DNA of 64,000 nt, taken from Octopus vulgaris. Lineage: Eukaryota. Position numbers and translations under genes: made by a program. This document shows, piece after piece, positions 1-12,562 of this stretch (position 1 is the first letter of the stretch; the number at the start of each line of letters is the position of its first letter). Where the stretch lies: the NCBI GenBank assembly GCA_951406725.2, contig OX597825.1, positions 8,680,001-8,744,000 on the forward strand, read 5' to 3'. The notes below the pieces were generated by a model. That model had not been told where the DNA came from. It made no database searches and was given only the letters and a program-made list of their open reading frames with translations.

Positions 1-294
1 ATATATCGAGTAGCATACGCTAGTAAAAGAAATAAAAACATATCATTAAAGACAGACGTTTAATATGTTGTAATCATACATATTTAGCAATATTAAAATT
101 TTTTAAACTTTAAAATATTAATTTTTTTTGAAAATGCGATCTGGATTTTGATCCAATGAATACTTGTACACAAATCTTTAATCTTAAAATATTTATTTGT
201 AATATTAGTACGGATATAACAGTACAAAATGGAATATTCCCATAGGCGATTATTTGCATGATTAACTAAAAGCTCACCTGTCAATCATTGTTAT

Positions 295-886
295 TTATTT
301 AAACCTGGTAATCCTTTTCGGGCTGTCAAAAACTGAACTGCCACCATGTAGTGCCTTAGGCTGTGTTATTGTCGTGTTCGCGTGGGTGGGTGCTGAATTG
401 TTTATTGAGTCCTTGTTCGAGTTGTTGACTTTGTTGTTGAAATTGTTGTCATTGTTGTTCTTTTGTTTCCCATTGTGGGACAGTGGAGAAGCGCCGGAGG
501 GGGACCCAAGTTGTTCGGCCGCGGCGGGCGGGGGAGTGAACATGCAAGAGTTGGAGGTCCGCGAGATGGGGGTGAAGACTCGAAAGATGAAGGAGGGTGA
601 GAGGTTGATTGCAAAGGAGGGAATCATTATGAAGCTGGCGCCGCCTGGGGAGCTGTCGGCCGGCGTGACGGGAGGAGAAGTAATGTTTAGAACCATGAAG
701 GCGGCTGCGAGACGGATGGGGATTGCACCGGTGGAGGCCTTAGAAGAGTGCATTAGGAATGTGGAGGAATTAGCAACGTGCATTAAGGGGGAGAGGGGAT
801 GCGCCACTGTGGAAGTGCGCTGCGCAACGGAGGAGGAAGCAGTGAAGCACTCCAGAGAGGCAGCAGTGTCGGGGGACTGATTAGCT
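295..886 (-). other. GC-rich Ser/Pro/Thr/Asn-rich open frame of unknown origin (possible decayed retroelement ORF1 N-terminus or exon)
   Basis: Locally GC-rich island; minus frame is open from ~886 to the stop at 295 (QSPDTAASLEC...SPKRITRFK); no domain recognised. Confidence 0.25.
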
Positions 887-2151
887 CAAAGAGGTCATCG
901 CCTCTAGCTAGCTATATGACACAGGAACCTGTGTCCATTACAACCTTGGAACATTTCTTTCCTCGGGGTTCCTTTGTCGACGTAAAATCCAGTAAAGCAT
1001 TATATGGTGATAGTTCAATTTCTTTATTAGGCATAAAGCCTCAAACACAGAAAGGGACACCATAAGGACAGACACTGTGTCACTTTAAATCGAAAACTTT
1101 ATTCAGGCAGGTATATTAAATCGTTAAATATTTCAAACGGGAATGTGTGCTATGGCCCTAACAGAAACAATTTATTCCTTTTTGCTTGTTTTTCTTTTGT
1201 ATTTGTCTTTTTTTTTCATTTTTCTGAAATTGAATTTCAAAATCAGGATCTTATAATCTTGATAACCGCAAATCCCCGTCAGATTCAGTTAAAGTGATTT
1301 GTCAAGATTATCCCTTTCGCGAGAATAGAAAAAATATTTTCCTGAGACATATTTCCTCAGGAGTTTACACAGTGTTGAATGACTTTTTAAACATTATGTA
1401 ATTACTTTTATTATCTCAAATAAAAACACCCGATCTGCGAATAATCTTTAAAATTCTAAAAAAAAAAAAGAAGAAAACTAGTTCTTCATTTCACTATAAA
1501 CAAAACCTCACTTTTGGGGAAGATATGTGGCCAGTAGTACCAACTGGTTAGACCTAGATGAAATTTCTACCCCCTGCAATGAATCTCTGAAAAATAGTTT
1601 TCGATATTGTTGTGTGATTGAGTATGTGTATGTGAGAGCATGATTGTGTGTGCGAATATAAATGAAATACAACCAACAAAAATCTTCTCAAATATTCATT
1701 TATATTAGAGTGTTATGTGATAATTATGAGGACTATCGGATGACCACATTTACAAGAAAGATGATACCAGGCTTCTTTCCTACAGCTATCCAACGTATTA
1801 ACAGTATATTTTCCAATAAATGTCTGATGATGTGATTGAATTTCATGATAAGTAACTTTTCCCAATTTTGCACTAATAATTTTATTCGAAACGCCCCTAT
1901 TTCTGTTTTGATTTCTTTATGAGCATTTACAATATATTTTCAATATGTTTCTTCATTTACAATATATATCTTCTACGCTAAACTTTAAGTCCTGTCCCAA
2001 CTAATGTACTACGGATTCAAATACATCTGTTAACTTTTACTTCTATTAACAGATATGGTTTTGATGAGCAAAGTTTACACATTTCTTAGCAAAATGCTAA
2101 CGCACACTCCTTTCTGAGTGTGTAAATATAAATATATATATATATATATAT

Positions 2152-3224
2152 TAATTATTTCTACGCCAGCTGCTATGTTGTTGTTGTTTTTGTCTCATTT
2201 GGTCTAAAGTCGTAAGACAACCACCGTTATATATATTTTGTTTAACCATTACCGTTTTCAATTTCGTTTTCGTCTCTCGTATTTACATCCGTCTCGTGCG
2301 TTTACATTCTTGTCTTCTACCAAGAAATCTAATGCCTACAGCTTATTTTTTTTTTCTTTTGGCTGGCCGAGTTGGAGCAAATATCAGAATTGAACAGCCG
2401 AAATTTGCGTTGATGATTCGGTGTCTGACTGAAGATTGAATGCTTCGAATGATTTGTCTGTGTTGCGTGTTTGTCCCTTCCTGTATTTCACGTTCTTTAT
2501 ATATAAAATATTTATCCTTATATTATTGCGGCGTTACGTGCACCCCCCCCCCGTTTCTTTATCCAATTTTAAACCCTGCACGACTTCTATATACTTTCTC
2601 TTTCCTATCCACAATTGCTTCTTGACCAAACTATTTTGGCGCCCTCGTTTCTTCCCCCCTCTTCCTCCCATCCTCCTCAATCCCTTCTTTATCTTTTTCT
2701 CTTGGTCACTGACTAATTCTGTCCCCTGCCTTCCACCCTCTTTGATTCCCTCTCTCTCTGTCTCTCTTTCTCTATCTCCCCTGCAACCTGCTGCTTCTCA
2801 ACCATTTCGTTGGCGATCGTATCTCGCCAACATGTGTATGTGTCCCCTCTACCGAAAAGGTAATTATTTCTACGCCAGCTGCTATGTAGTTGTTGTTTTT
2901 GTCTCATTTGGTCTAAAGTCGTAAGACAACCACCGTTATATATATTTTGTTTAACCATTACCGTTTTCAATATCGTTTTCGTCTCTCGTATTTACATCCG
3001 TCTCGTGCGTTTACATTCTTGTCTTCTACCAAGAAATCTAATGCCTACAGCTTAGTTTTTTTTCTTGGGGCTGGCCGAGTTGGAGCAAATATCAGAATTG
3101 AACAGCCGAAATTTGCGATGATGATTCGGTGTCTGACTGAAGATTGAAGGCTTCGAATGATTTGTCTGTGTTCCTTGTTTGTCCCTTCCTGTATTTCACG
3201 TTCTTTATATATAAAATATTTATC
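2152..3224 (+). repeat. Pair of ~365-bp near-identical direct repeats (2152-2516, 2861-3224) around a pyrimidine-rich spacer; PLE pseudo-LTR-like partial tandem
   Basis: Both copies run from taattatttctacgccagctgctatg to aaaatatttatc; flanked by (TA)n; a diverged relative lies at ~3850-4330. Confidence 0.75.
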
Positions 3225-3253
3225 TCTATATATATCTATATATATACACAAGA

Positions 3254-3295
<42 letters not shown>

Positions 3296-3296
<1 letters not shown>

Positions 3297-3767
3297 GAGA
3301 AAGAAGCAACAAGAATGGATAAGTTTTTAGTACAATCGTTTCATACAAAGACAGGCTTTATTAAAAGTTGCAAAAATTGCAGCATATAAACGTGTCCCGT
3401 ACTCATCAGCTAAAATACATGTGAGTTCTCTAGACATCTTAGTGGTTGAGGCTATACTCATGAAGTAAAGTATATTATCTACATTACTTCATGAGTATAG
3501 CCACAACCACTAAGATGTCTAGAGAACTCACATGTATTTTAGCTGATGAGTACGGGACACGTTTATATGCTGCAATTTTTGCAACTTTTAATAAAGCCTG
3601 TCTTTGTATGAAACGATTGTACTAAAAACTTATCCATTCTTGTTGCTTCTTTCTCGCTTATAATCACCCCACATTACTGTATGGTTAAAACCGTATTGTT
3701 TTTTGGTGCATCTAAGTTAGGTACCATATTCAAGTAAATTCATTAAAATTGACTTGAATCTTTATTG

Positions 3768-3770
<3 letters not shown>
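3296..3770. mobile_element. Fold-back PLE-like non-autonomous element (family A) in (TA)n
   Basis: Arms 3296-3468 and 3484-3656 are reverse complements; extra 3' tail to ~3770; hammerhead in each arm. Confidence 0.85.
3537..3627 (+). ncRNA. Type I hammerhead ribozyme (mirror copy 3325-3415 on minus strand)
   Basis: ttttag / CTGATGA(3543) / long stem II gtac...gtat / GAAA(3610) / cgattg / TA / ctaaaa. Confidence 0.85.
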
Positions 3771-3813
<43 letters not shown>

Positions 3814-3814
3814 A

Positions 3815-3851
<37 letters not shown>

Positions 3852-4792
3852 TTTGTTGTCCCTTTCTTGTAATACCTAACTGTCTGGATGTTTTGCGTTC
3901 TTGTCCCATTTTGTATATATATATATATATATATACATATATGTATATAGCGGCGTACGTACTCTTTGGTCTCTTATATGTAAGTGTATCTGTATCTAAA
4001 TCTTGTACGACTCTATTCTCTTATTCTTTTATTCTTTCCTTCTTCTATCAGCCCTTTCACGCTTATATCGTTCATTCCACTCTTCGTTCTTTCATCCCCC
4101 TTCTCTCACATTTCATTGCCTTCTCTTCTTGCTCCCTCCTCTATTCACTTCACTGTGTCCCTGTCAATTTTTTCTTGCCCCTCCTTATTTATTCTGTCCC
4201 TCTGCCTCTACCGCTCTATCTTCTCCCCCACGTGACCGCTGTTCGGCCAAGCCTGATCTTTCCGTCTTGGTGGGGCCGTTTTCCGTGCAACATATATATA
4301 TTCTTCCCTGTACCTGTGAATATTGTATCCTTAATTTAATTCGTCCTTAATCATTATTGTGTTCCTGACGAAGAACGAATGCAGGTTGTCAAGCGTGCAC
4401 TAAAGGTTACAAGTTCTGTACGGAGGTGACAACATTGGCAACGACAATGTACACATATAAAAATATGAAAATGTGTAAAGGAAACCAGTGTGGAACAAAA
4501 ACTATGTAGTAGAGTCAAGAATCAGTAACCACGTTAGCATGTGTTTGTCTTCATTCCCACAAATATATTAAAACACTTGAATTTTCTGTACGGCTGGATT
4601 GTAAGCATAATGTAATACAGTAAATAGTAGCTAGTTTGCGTATCAAGATCTACGTGCTGTACGCGTGGTTTTGCAGCTTAAATTTCATATTAGAGGAAAA
4701 AGCAAATATCTATTCAGAAGAACAGAAAATGTCTGAAGCCGAGGACGCCGGGATTTTTTTCCTAGCTGTGTATGGAGGGATGAAAAATGTCT

Positions 4793-4998
4793 GTGTCCTT
4801 GTGTCTGTGTCCCTCCCCCATCACCCATCAGTGGTGGTGAATTTACGCCCAGTAACTTAGCGGTGAGGCAAAAGTGACTGATGGAATAAGTACTATGTTT
4901 TCAAAAAGCTTTGGGGTCGATTTGTTCGATTACAACTCTCTCCAGGTGGTGCTCCAACATGGCCGCAGTCATATGACTGAAAGAATTACAGAAAATAG
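4793..4998 (+). mobile_element. SINE family 1, 3' portion
   Basis: gtaacttagcggt...aataagtact...ggggtcgatttg...gtgctccaacatggccgcagtc matches the tails of full copies at 25404 and 60054. Confidence 0.75.
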
Positions 4999-5002
4999 AA
5001 TA

Positions 5003-5004
<2 letters not shown>

Positions 5005-5054
<50 letters not shown>

Positions 5055-5073
5055 TTCTATTTTCTTTACTTCT

Positions 5074-5146
<73 letters not shown>

Positions 5147-5179
5147 CATACATATTTCGAAAGATAGATGAATAGATAA

Positions 5180-5248
<69 letters not shown>

Positions 5249-5250
5249 AA
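5005..5250. repeat. (TA)n and (GATA)n microsatellites
   Basis: Direct reading. Confidence 0.95.
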
Positions 5251-6180
5251 TATAGTTATATTTATATATATATGATTAGCTAAGAAACATTGTAAATATG
5301 GAAATATAATTTTCAGTGTATGTGCGTGTGGGGAAATATATTTAATAAAAATATTTCATAACATTTATGTGAGTAATTATATGACAAATTGTATTTAATA
5401 TTAGTAACATAAGCATATTAAAAAAAACATATGCACATAAAAATGTGTGCTTAATGATGCAAATGAGTCCTGAGTGGGAGAAATAATAATGCATGAAATT
5501 GCATAATAATTATATAAAATATCATCCATATGCAATTATAGAAGGATATAAAACGATCTAATTCAGATGTGTAAGGATATAAATATAGTTATATATTACT
5601 ATGAACGACAGGAATATTATTAATACTAAAAGGCAATCTTTATATCCAACCTAACGTGGATGTATCAGTGTAGCACCGAATACTGCGTCAGTCACCTTGA
5701 GAAAGGTTTTCTCTCTGCAAATAACTCATGATTCGGTGCACTAATAATATTTCCCTGCTAACTTGGTTATGATGTCGAAATTTTGTATTAATGCCGGTTC
5801 TATCGCTAATATTTATATTTTGATAAGCCTGCTGTCTATTTGCGACATTAGTGCTTGAACAGGCACTGAAATTTTATATATCTCTAGTAGAGATATTTGA
5901 GTGGAATGCGGCTACCATACGCCTGCAACTGATGAAACGTGGTACGTCGAAATAACACGATCTAACATTTCTTGGGCCGATTCCCGCCGCCAACGCTGTG
6001 TACTTGTATGTAACCTGCGTCCATATAAAAGGTCTTCTCAAGGTAAATAACGCAATATCAAGCCCTTTAACAGCGCATACACGTTAACTCGGATATAAAG
6101 AGTGCTTTCTACATATATGTGTACATATATTATTGTAAGTGCATATGCGTATATTATGTGTGCATTTGCGCACCGAAATA

Positions 6181-6981
6181 TGTTCCACGTATCATCAGGT
6201 ATTGCCGCAACAGTGTTTCTTAAGGGTGTGAATCACACCCACTCTCCAGTTCCTTCGTAACTTCAACGTAATTATTGAAAATCTTAGTAAAATCGACCGC
6301 AAACGTGCCAGTGATAAATACAGAAATGTCCTGTTAAATCCCGGCTTGGTTTCAGTCGTCAGTAGCATGAAACAAATTCATAATTCTGAAATATTGCCTG
6401 CACACACACGCACACAAACACACTCGTACATACATATACACACATACACTGCTTTTTGTATTTCGTTGAGTCTCCTTTTCGTGAGAGATAAAAATTTGGT
6501 ATGTTGTGCACACGAATATAAGTCAAAAGTGATAACAATTTTGTAAATATATATTTGTAATTTATATACTACCTCATTGTAATGTATTTATTCCTAACTC
6601 AAATATAGAAAAGCGACCACAAAGAACCGCAACGATGAAAGAAACTCAGCAATATAATAAATACAACAATAAATATTGATTATAAATTAGGTTGGTAGAA
6701 ATATCTATAAATATCAATTAGAGAATGATCTTGAGTTTATTAATGCACTTGCTGTATATACACAGCTCTGTAGCATGTTATTCTATCCATATTGGTGTGA
6801 AATGTTTGGTAAAATGCTTAGCTAACTTATATACATTTCGGACAAACACTGGCCCTATTCAAAATTTAGATAAATGACAAAAACATAAACATAGTGGAAC
6901 ATTTTAACGTATGTTTATGGAGAATTTTAGCCCTTATTTCTAGCAATGGTGGTGTTACTCACATTCATAGACTACTATAAT

Positions 6982-7030
<49 letters not shown>

Positions 7031-7217
7031 TATATAATAAAACGAATGTTTTATACTTAGTAATTTAGAGGTAAAGCACGGTCACTATCACTTTTCCTTA
7101 TGTATATGAACCAGTTTTGAGGTATCCCAACCCTGAAGGTCCGATGCTAGATATGACGCAACAATTGTTGTGATTAATAAAATTCTCGTGTCTTCCATTT
7201 TCCGTCTCCCATTTACC

Positions 7218-7252
<35 letters not shown>

Positions 7253-8660
7253 GTTATTTTCGTGTGTGTGCGTGAATGTATATGTAACTATCTATCAATG
7301 CATTGCTTTGGTTGAGAAAAGGAATATCGTTTGTCGATACAGAAATATGAACACGTATCAAGAAACGTTAGCGTCACCACGTTTAATCTATAAACATAAA
7401 TCGAACAAAATCTTTTCTGTTTTGCTCTTAAGACATTTTATGATCTATTATGGTTTGTGATTTGGATGGTTATATTAAGAAGCGTGGTATGAAAATAGAC
7501 GTACACTAGTACACTAGATACAAAGCCATGCCGGTTACTGTAGACTGGAGGTGTTTAAGAATGGGGCACGATGAGGCTAATTTGAAAATAATTTTTAATG
7601 AATCTCAATGTGATATAAGGTGATGAATATGTTGTATATATTGTCAAATGTGATGAAAATAGGGTGTATTATGGCACTGTTTACTCATAATGTGATATAT
7701 GAGAAGCTGGGTGTTGTGTTGGCAGAATGAGTGTGACGGTGATGGTGGAGCGACGGTTGGAAATTTTGCTTGTGGCAATGAAGATGGGAGGACGCAGAAC
7801 AATTACGTTGGAGGAGATAGTTCGGTGGTGGTGATGGGGGTGCTGTTGGGGGTGGTTAACCCAGAAGAGAATTGAAAATTATTGATAGGCAGAGAGATGT
7901 TGATAGCTGTGATGATGCTTGTAGCGAAGATGATGCGGATTACTGCTCAGCTGACACTGATGGTAATAGCCGGGAAGGGTTTAAGGCCATAAACCGATAA
8001 ACACATCGCAGTATTTCTCAAATAACACACACGCACGCACACACAACTAATATTCGAACGTCACTTATATCAGCAAAAATCATTAAAAAAATTATGAACA
8101 CGTACAAATATCATAATCGCATACACATATATACACACATACAAACGCTATCAAGAACACCCGAGCTCACTAAGCCCGATAGCGATACGCATAAATTATA
8201 TTGAATCATATTTTCGGAAATGAGTAATGAATCGACGTCAACTAAATGAACGTAAGAGATACCAATAATTAAATAGATTATGGAAAAATTAATATATATG
8301 TAGATTACATACGCTGATACACACATATATATATAAATACACGTGCACACACACACACACATGCTTATAGACATGCACGTACGCATGTATACCTCTGTGT
8401 GCGTGGGTATGTGTGTGTATGTGTGTATATATGTGTGTGCGCGGGCGATGTTTAAGAATTATAAATTTGGTTCATACTAGTGGAGATTTAAACCAAGCAA
8501 GGATTTAACTGGATATTTTGTTTATTCCTTTTTGGCAGGTTTAAGAGCGATTTTACTAAGACTTACAGTATTTAAGTTACAAACGCACTTCAAAGCGAGA
8601 GGGATTCATGCCCTCGAAACAGAAACTATTGAGGTAATACCTGATGATGCGTGAAACACC
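6181..8660. repeat. Two diverged ~220-bp copies of one repeat in inverted orientation (6181-6400 and 8440-8660)
   Basis: Shared blocks aatacctgatgat.cgtg.aaca, cgattttactaaga, accaagc..ggatttaac and tag.atgaa.caaatt.ataattct. Confidence 0.65.
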
Positions 8661-10399
8661 TTAGCTTTATGATTCTCAAATTTGAAAGTAGATTTATCAG
8701 GAATACTCGTTCGTCATTTTGCAGGTGCAGCCTGATAGGTAACCTCAGCTTCTCATTGCCGAATATTTTCAAAAACAGAATAATGCTCTCTCATTTTATT
8801 AACATGATATTCAGTAAATGCACAATCATATTATCCATAACATACTGTTATGTTATGTATCTCTCTCTATACTACAACCGATTACATAATGACATTCGCG
8901 TAGATAAGACGTATTCTTTAAAATTTCTTCCACCTGTTTATCAATGACAAATGTAGCTACATTGTAGAGTTCAACTGTGCAGTCTCTTTCTATATGGTGA
9001 TCAAATCTCACGTATCTGAGCTATGAATTCGTAAACATGATCATTCCAATCTTTAAGCCAAAACTGGAGTATATTGGAAAGATGAAGATACTTCAGTGAT
9101 AGATCACTCAAGTATTTGTGATAATGAATCTTCTCACGTTGGGGTTCCATTCAATATGTAAAACAGGCCTCTCAAAAACTGCTACATATTCCGAAAGGGA
9201 CATTTAAAAAGCTTATAAAATACACGTGGACGTGATATTTCTTTCAAAGTACACTTGAAATAAACATATATCTTAACGAAGGCAAAAATGCGTACGACTG
9301 TGTATCCTGTGATATATTATGTATCACGCTGACTCCAGAGGTCAATTTTCTTGTATCATTTTTCCCTTGGCTGTCTTATCATCTTTCACTGGAAATGATT
9401 CGGCATGATAGCAAGTACCTGCGATTGGATAACTTACAGTAGTTATTCATTTTCTTTCCTTCTGTGAGTAGATCAAACCAGAGTCTGCTGGCACTTAAGG
9501 TGCATTGAACCGATTCTAATCTCGTGAAACAATGATTCGAGTCTCCGGTTTCAGAAAACTAACATCGCTCTTAGAAATCTTGGTGGTGCTTTAAATGAAC
9601 ATGTGCACTGTTTATCAGCTTTCATTTAAAGAAGAATATCCAGTGTTCGCGCTCTTCCAATAGAAGATATTGGGCCAAGCTAATATCGGGCCGGTCTTCA
9701 CATGAGGAAAGTTACGTGTTTGCTTAAGTGGGATAGGACGATTTTGGCTGTGTCTCTGAGCCAACGTTCGCAGTTTTGGCTTCTCTAGTTTTGCTCTTAG
9801 CACCATATTTTTATGTTGGCCTGGACCCTATTTTTAGTCCTTTCTACTCTTTTCAGACCCTTCTACTCAATCTATTACCTATTTTTTAAGTTACACTCTT
9901 CTATGTTCCATCATTTTTGCTTATATTTCTTTACAGTTATGCTCTCAAATTAGAAATCGAGTCTTCACATTTACAAAAGCACTTACGTCGTTCCTTTCTT
10001 AAAAAAACTGCATTCATATTCAAAGCCATATTCGTGCAATTTCCGTTTAACTTTCAGTCACAAAGATATTAATCTGTGAATGGATAATAAATGGGAAAAC
10101 TACATTTGGTTGTAACCGTCATTTCGCATCTCAGCATCAGAATTTCACTTCCCGCTTAAATTAACTGAAATATAAAAGAAATAACAAAGTATGGACAGAG
10201 GGAAAAGGAAGACCAAGTGATAATATAAAAAGAGAGAGAAATAGAAAAAAAGAGTGGGGGGGAAAAAAGAAAATGCAAATGTTTAGAATATTGGGGCAGG
10301 AAGAGGAATAGGAAGAGAAACGATAATATGGATGATAATAATAAGGAGAATTCTATTCACATAGTTGTATGGAGCAATGGTAATAATAATGTTGATGAG

Positions 10400-10438
<39 letters not shown>

Positions 10439-10500
10439 GTAATAATAATAATAATAAATAATAATAATAATAATAATAATAATTATATTAATAATAATGA

Positions 10501-10576
<76 letters not shown>

Positions 10577-10870
10577 TCAGATACCAGGAAAACCCAAAAT
10601 GGCAGAAATTCAAAAGATAGTGCTCATGGGAACTGCTCAAGTCCTACGCAAAATACTTTCTATGTAATCTCAGGGTTTAAAACAAACATAATTTTCGGTT
10701 TTTTTGGGGACATTCACTTGCACAACACGAAAGAAAAACCAAATATATGGCACACTAGGCATAACAACAACATGAACTTCCAACCTGTTGTCTCTTGAGG
10801 TCTCTGGGTGAGACTTGGAGCCAACTTGTACAAATATAAAGCAAAAGTCAAACATATAATAATAATAATG

Positions 10871-10940
<70 letters not shown>

Positions 10941-10947
10941 TAATAAT
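10400..10947. repeat. (TAA)n tracts interrupted by a LINE 3' end
   Basis: Direct reading. Confidence 0.95.
10578..10855 (+). mobile_element. R4/Dong-like LINE, 5'-truncated 3' end
   Basis: Encodes IPGKPKMAEIQKIVLMGTAQVLRKILSM* (stop 10667), the QKxxLxGTAxILR terminus typical of R4/Dong RLE LINEs; embedded in (TAA)n. Confidence 0.75.
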
Positions 10948-11633
10948 TGCCCTGATGCAGTATCAGCCAGTGGCTCTCTTGGCTGTTGCTCTTAAGTGAT
11001 TGGAAGTGTTATCATGTACGTTGTTTTGTCTTGGTATAAAAGATGGGTTACAGCCATGCTACTCAAAGCGGTGGGCCGCGAGCCATCACCTGCTGGTATG
11101 CGGCGAGTTTCCAGAAAAGAAAGAAACATTATAAAATGTTTATAAAACGCTCATAAAATGCTTATGAAATATCGTATTATTTGTTTACAAAATAAATATA
11201 AGATAAGAATATTTTTCATCTTTTATTATATTCGTTATATATAGTTTCCGGTATAATATATAACTAAGAGATATATTACCGGTCCCTGATGCAATACCAG
11301 ACAGTGGCTCTCATGGCTTCGGATCTGAACTGGTTGGAAGTGTTATCATGTTGTTATCAAGCATCAAGATAACATACTCGCTATTTATATTTGTGATAAT
11401 AATAAAAAACAACAACAACAATAATAATAACAGGAGTTGTAGTAGCATTAGTAATTGTAAGAAAACATTTTTTTTTTCTATCGGAGTCGTGATAATACTA
11501 TCAAGATTTATCAAATGATGTAATTTTAGAAATTCAAACGATTTTATTTTGGATCCGTATAAACATAAACAGGACTGAAGGAAATTATTGTGGATACGTT
11601 GGGTAAACGGTAAGTAATGTTTCGCAGTAACTT

Positions 11634-11674
<41 letters not shown>

Positions 11675-11680
<6 letters not shown>

Positions 11681-12288
11681 TTAATAAGGGTGAGAGAATT
11701 AGATACTAATTTAATAGCATATCTATTCAACACCAAGTGGCCCAGTGCCTCGAGAAACCTGGATTATTATAATATTTTATAATATATTATAATATTTTAT
11801 ACAAAAATAAATATAAGAGAATGGTCACTATGTGGCTCATTCTAGCACTAGAAAATCCAAAAGGTTTCAACCACAAAAATACATGTTTCCTATGAAAGTC
11901 AGTACGATTGTTAGCTCACACGAACAGGGCAAATAAAAAATAACAAAAATACAGATTATTTTGGGACAATTCGTCGGATGTAATCAATTGAACCACACGT
12001 GTATTTATCGTTATGGTAAAATCTGGCGTGTGATTGAGTGGATTTCATCCAAGATAGTTTTGGCTGAGGAGCTACAAGTGGGTTTTTTGTAAGTAAAATT
12101 ACATTTAATTCATTAATAGCGAAACAATTGTCCCAAAATAATCTGTATTTTTGTTATTTTTTTATTTGCCCTGTTCGTGTGAGCTAACAATCGTACTGAC
12201 TTTCATAGGAAACATGTATTTTTGTGGTTGAAACCTTTTGGATTTTCTAGTGCTAGAATGAGCCACATAGTGACCATTCTCTTATATT

Positions 12289-12295
<7 letters not shown>
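11675..12295. mobile_element. Fold-back PLE-like element (family B) in (TA)n
   Basis: Arms ~11804-11970 and 12126-12295 are reverse complements; extra tail 11675-11803; hammerhead spans the spacer/right-arm junction. Confidence 0.85.
12057..12139 (+). ncRNA. Type I hammerhead ribozyme, canonical core
   Basis: gttttgg / CTGAGGA(12064) / gcta...tagc / GAAA(12121) / caattg / TC / ccaaaat; predicted cleavage after C12132. Confidence 0.9.
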
Positions 12296-12343
<48 letters not shown>

Positions 12344-12351
12344 TGAATGAA

Positions 12352-12562
12352 TGTCGAGAGTAAAGGAATGTTGTTAACATCTTCGTTCGACTCCATTCTT
12401 TCATTCATATACAACACACTAATTTCTACACAAGAAACCGGAGTTTTTATCCTTGACAGGTCGCTTCAACCGTGTTTTCTGACGTGAATTTTCTACCCAG
12501 GTTTCGGTTAAACGAATTTTCCATGCTGACGATAAACATAGGATAATTCATTCACCTACTTA
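12352..12562 (+). mobile_element. 5'-truncated copy of PLE-like family C (post-ribozyme part)
   Basis: tgtcgagagtaaaggaat...ggataattcattcacc matches the reverse complement of 21301-21508. Confidence 0.8.

Noticed and set aside
1-24. Possible Helitron 3' end (ctagt)
   Set aside because: Truncated by the window edge; no hairpin visible
5929-5962. CTGATGA aacgt ggt acgtc GAAA hammerhead-like core
   Set aside because: No convincing stem I or stem III; may be chance or too decayed to call
8539-8633. Apparent plus-strand exon (ggcag|...gag|gtaat)
   Set aside because: Lies within a repeat that has a diverged inverted copy at 6181-6400
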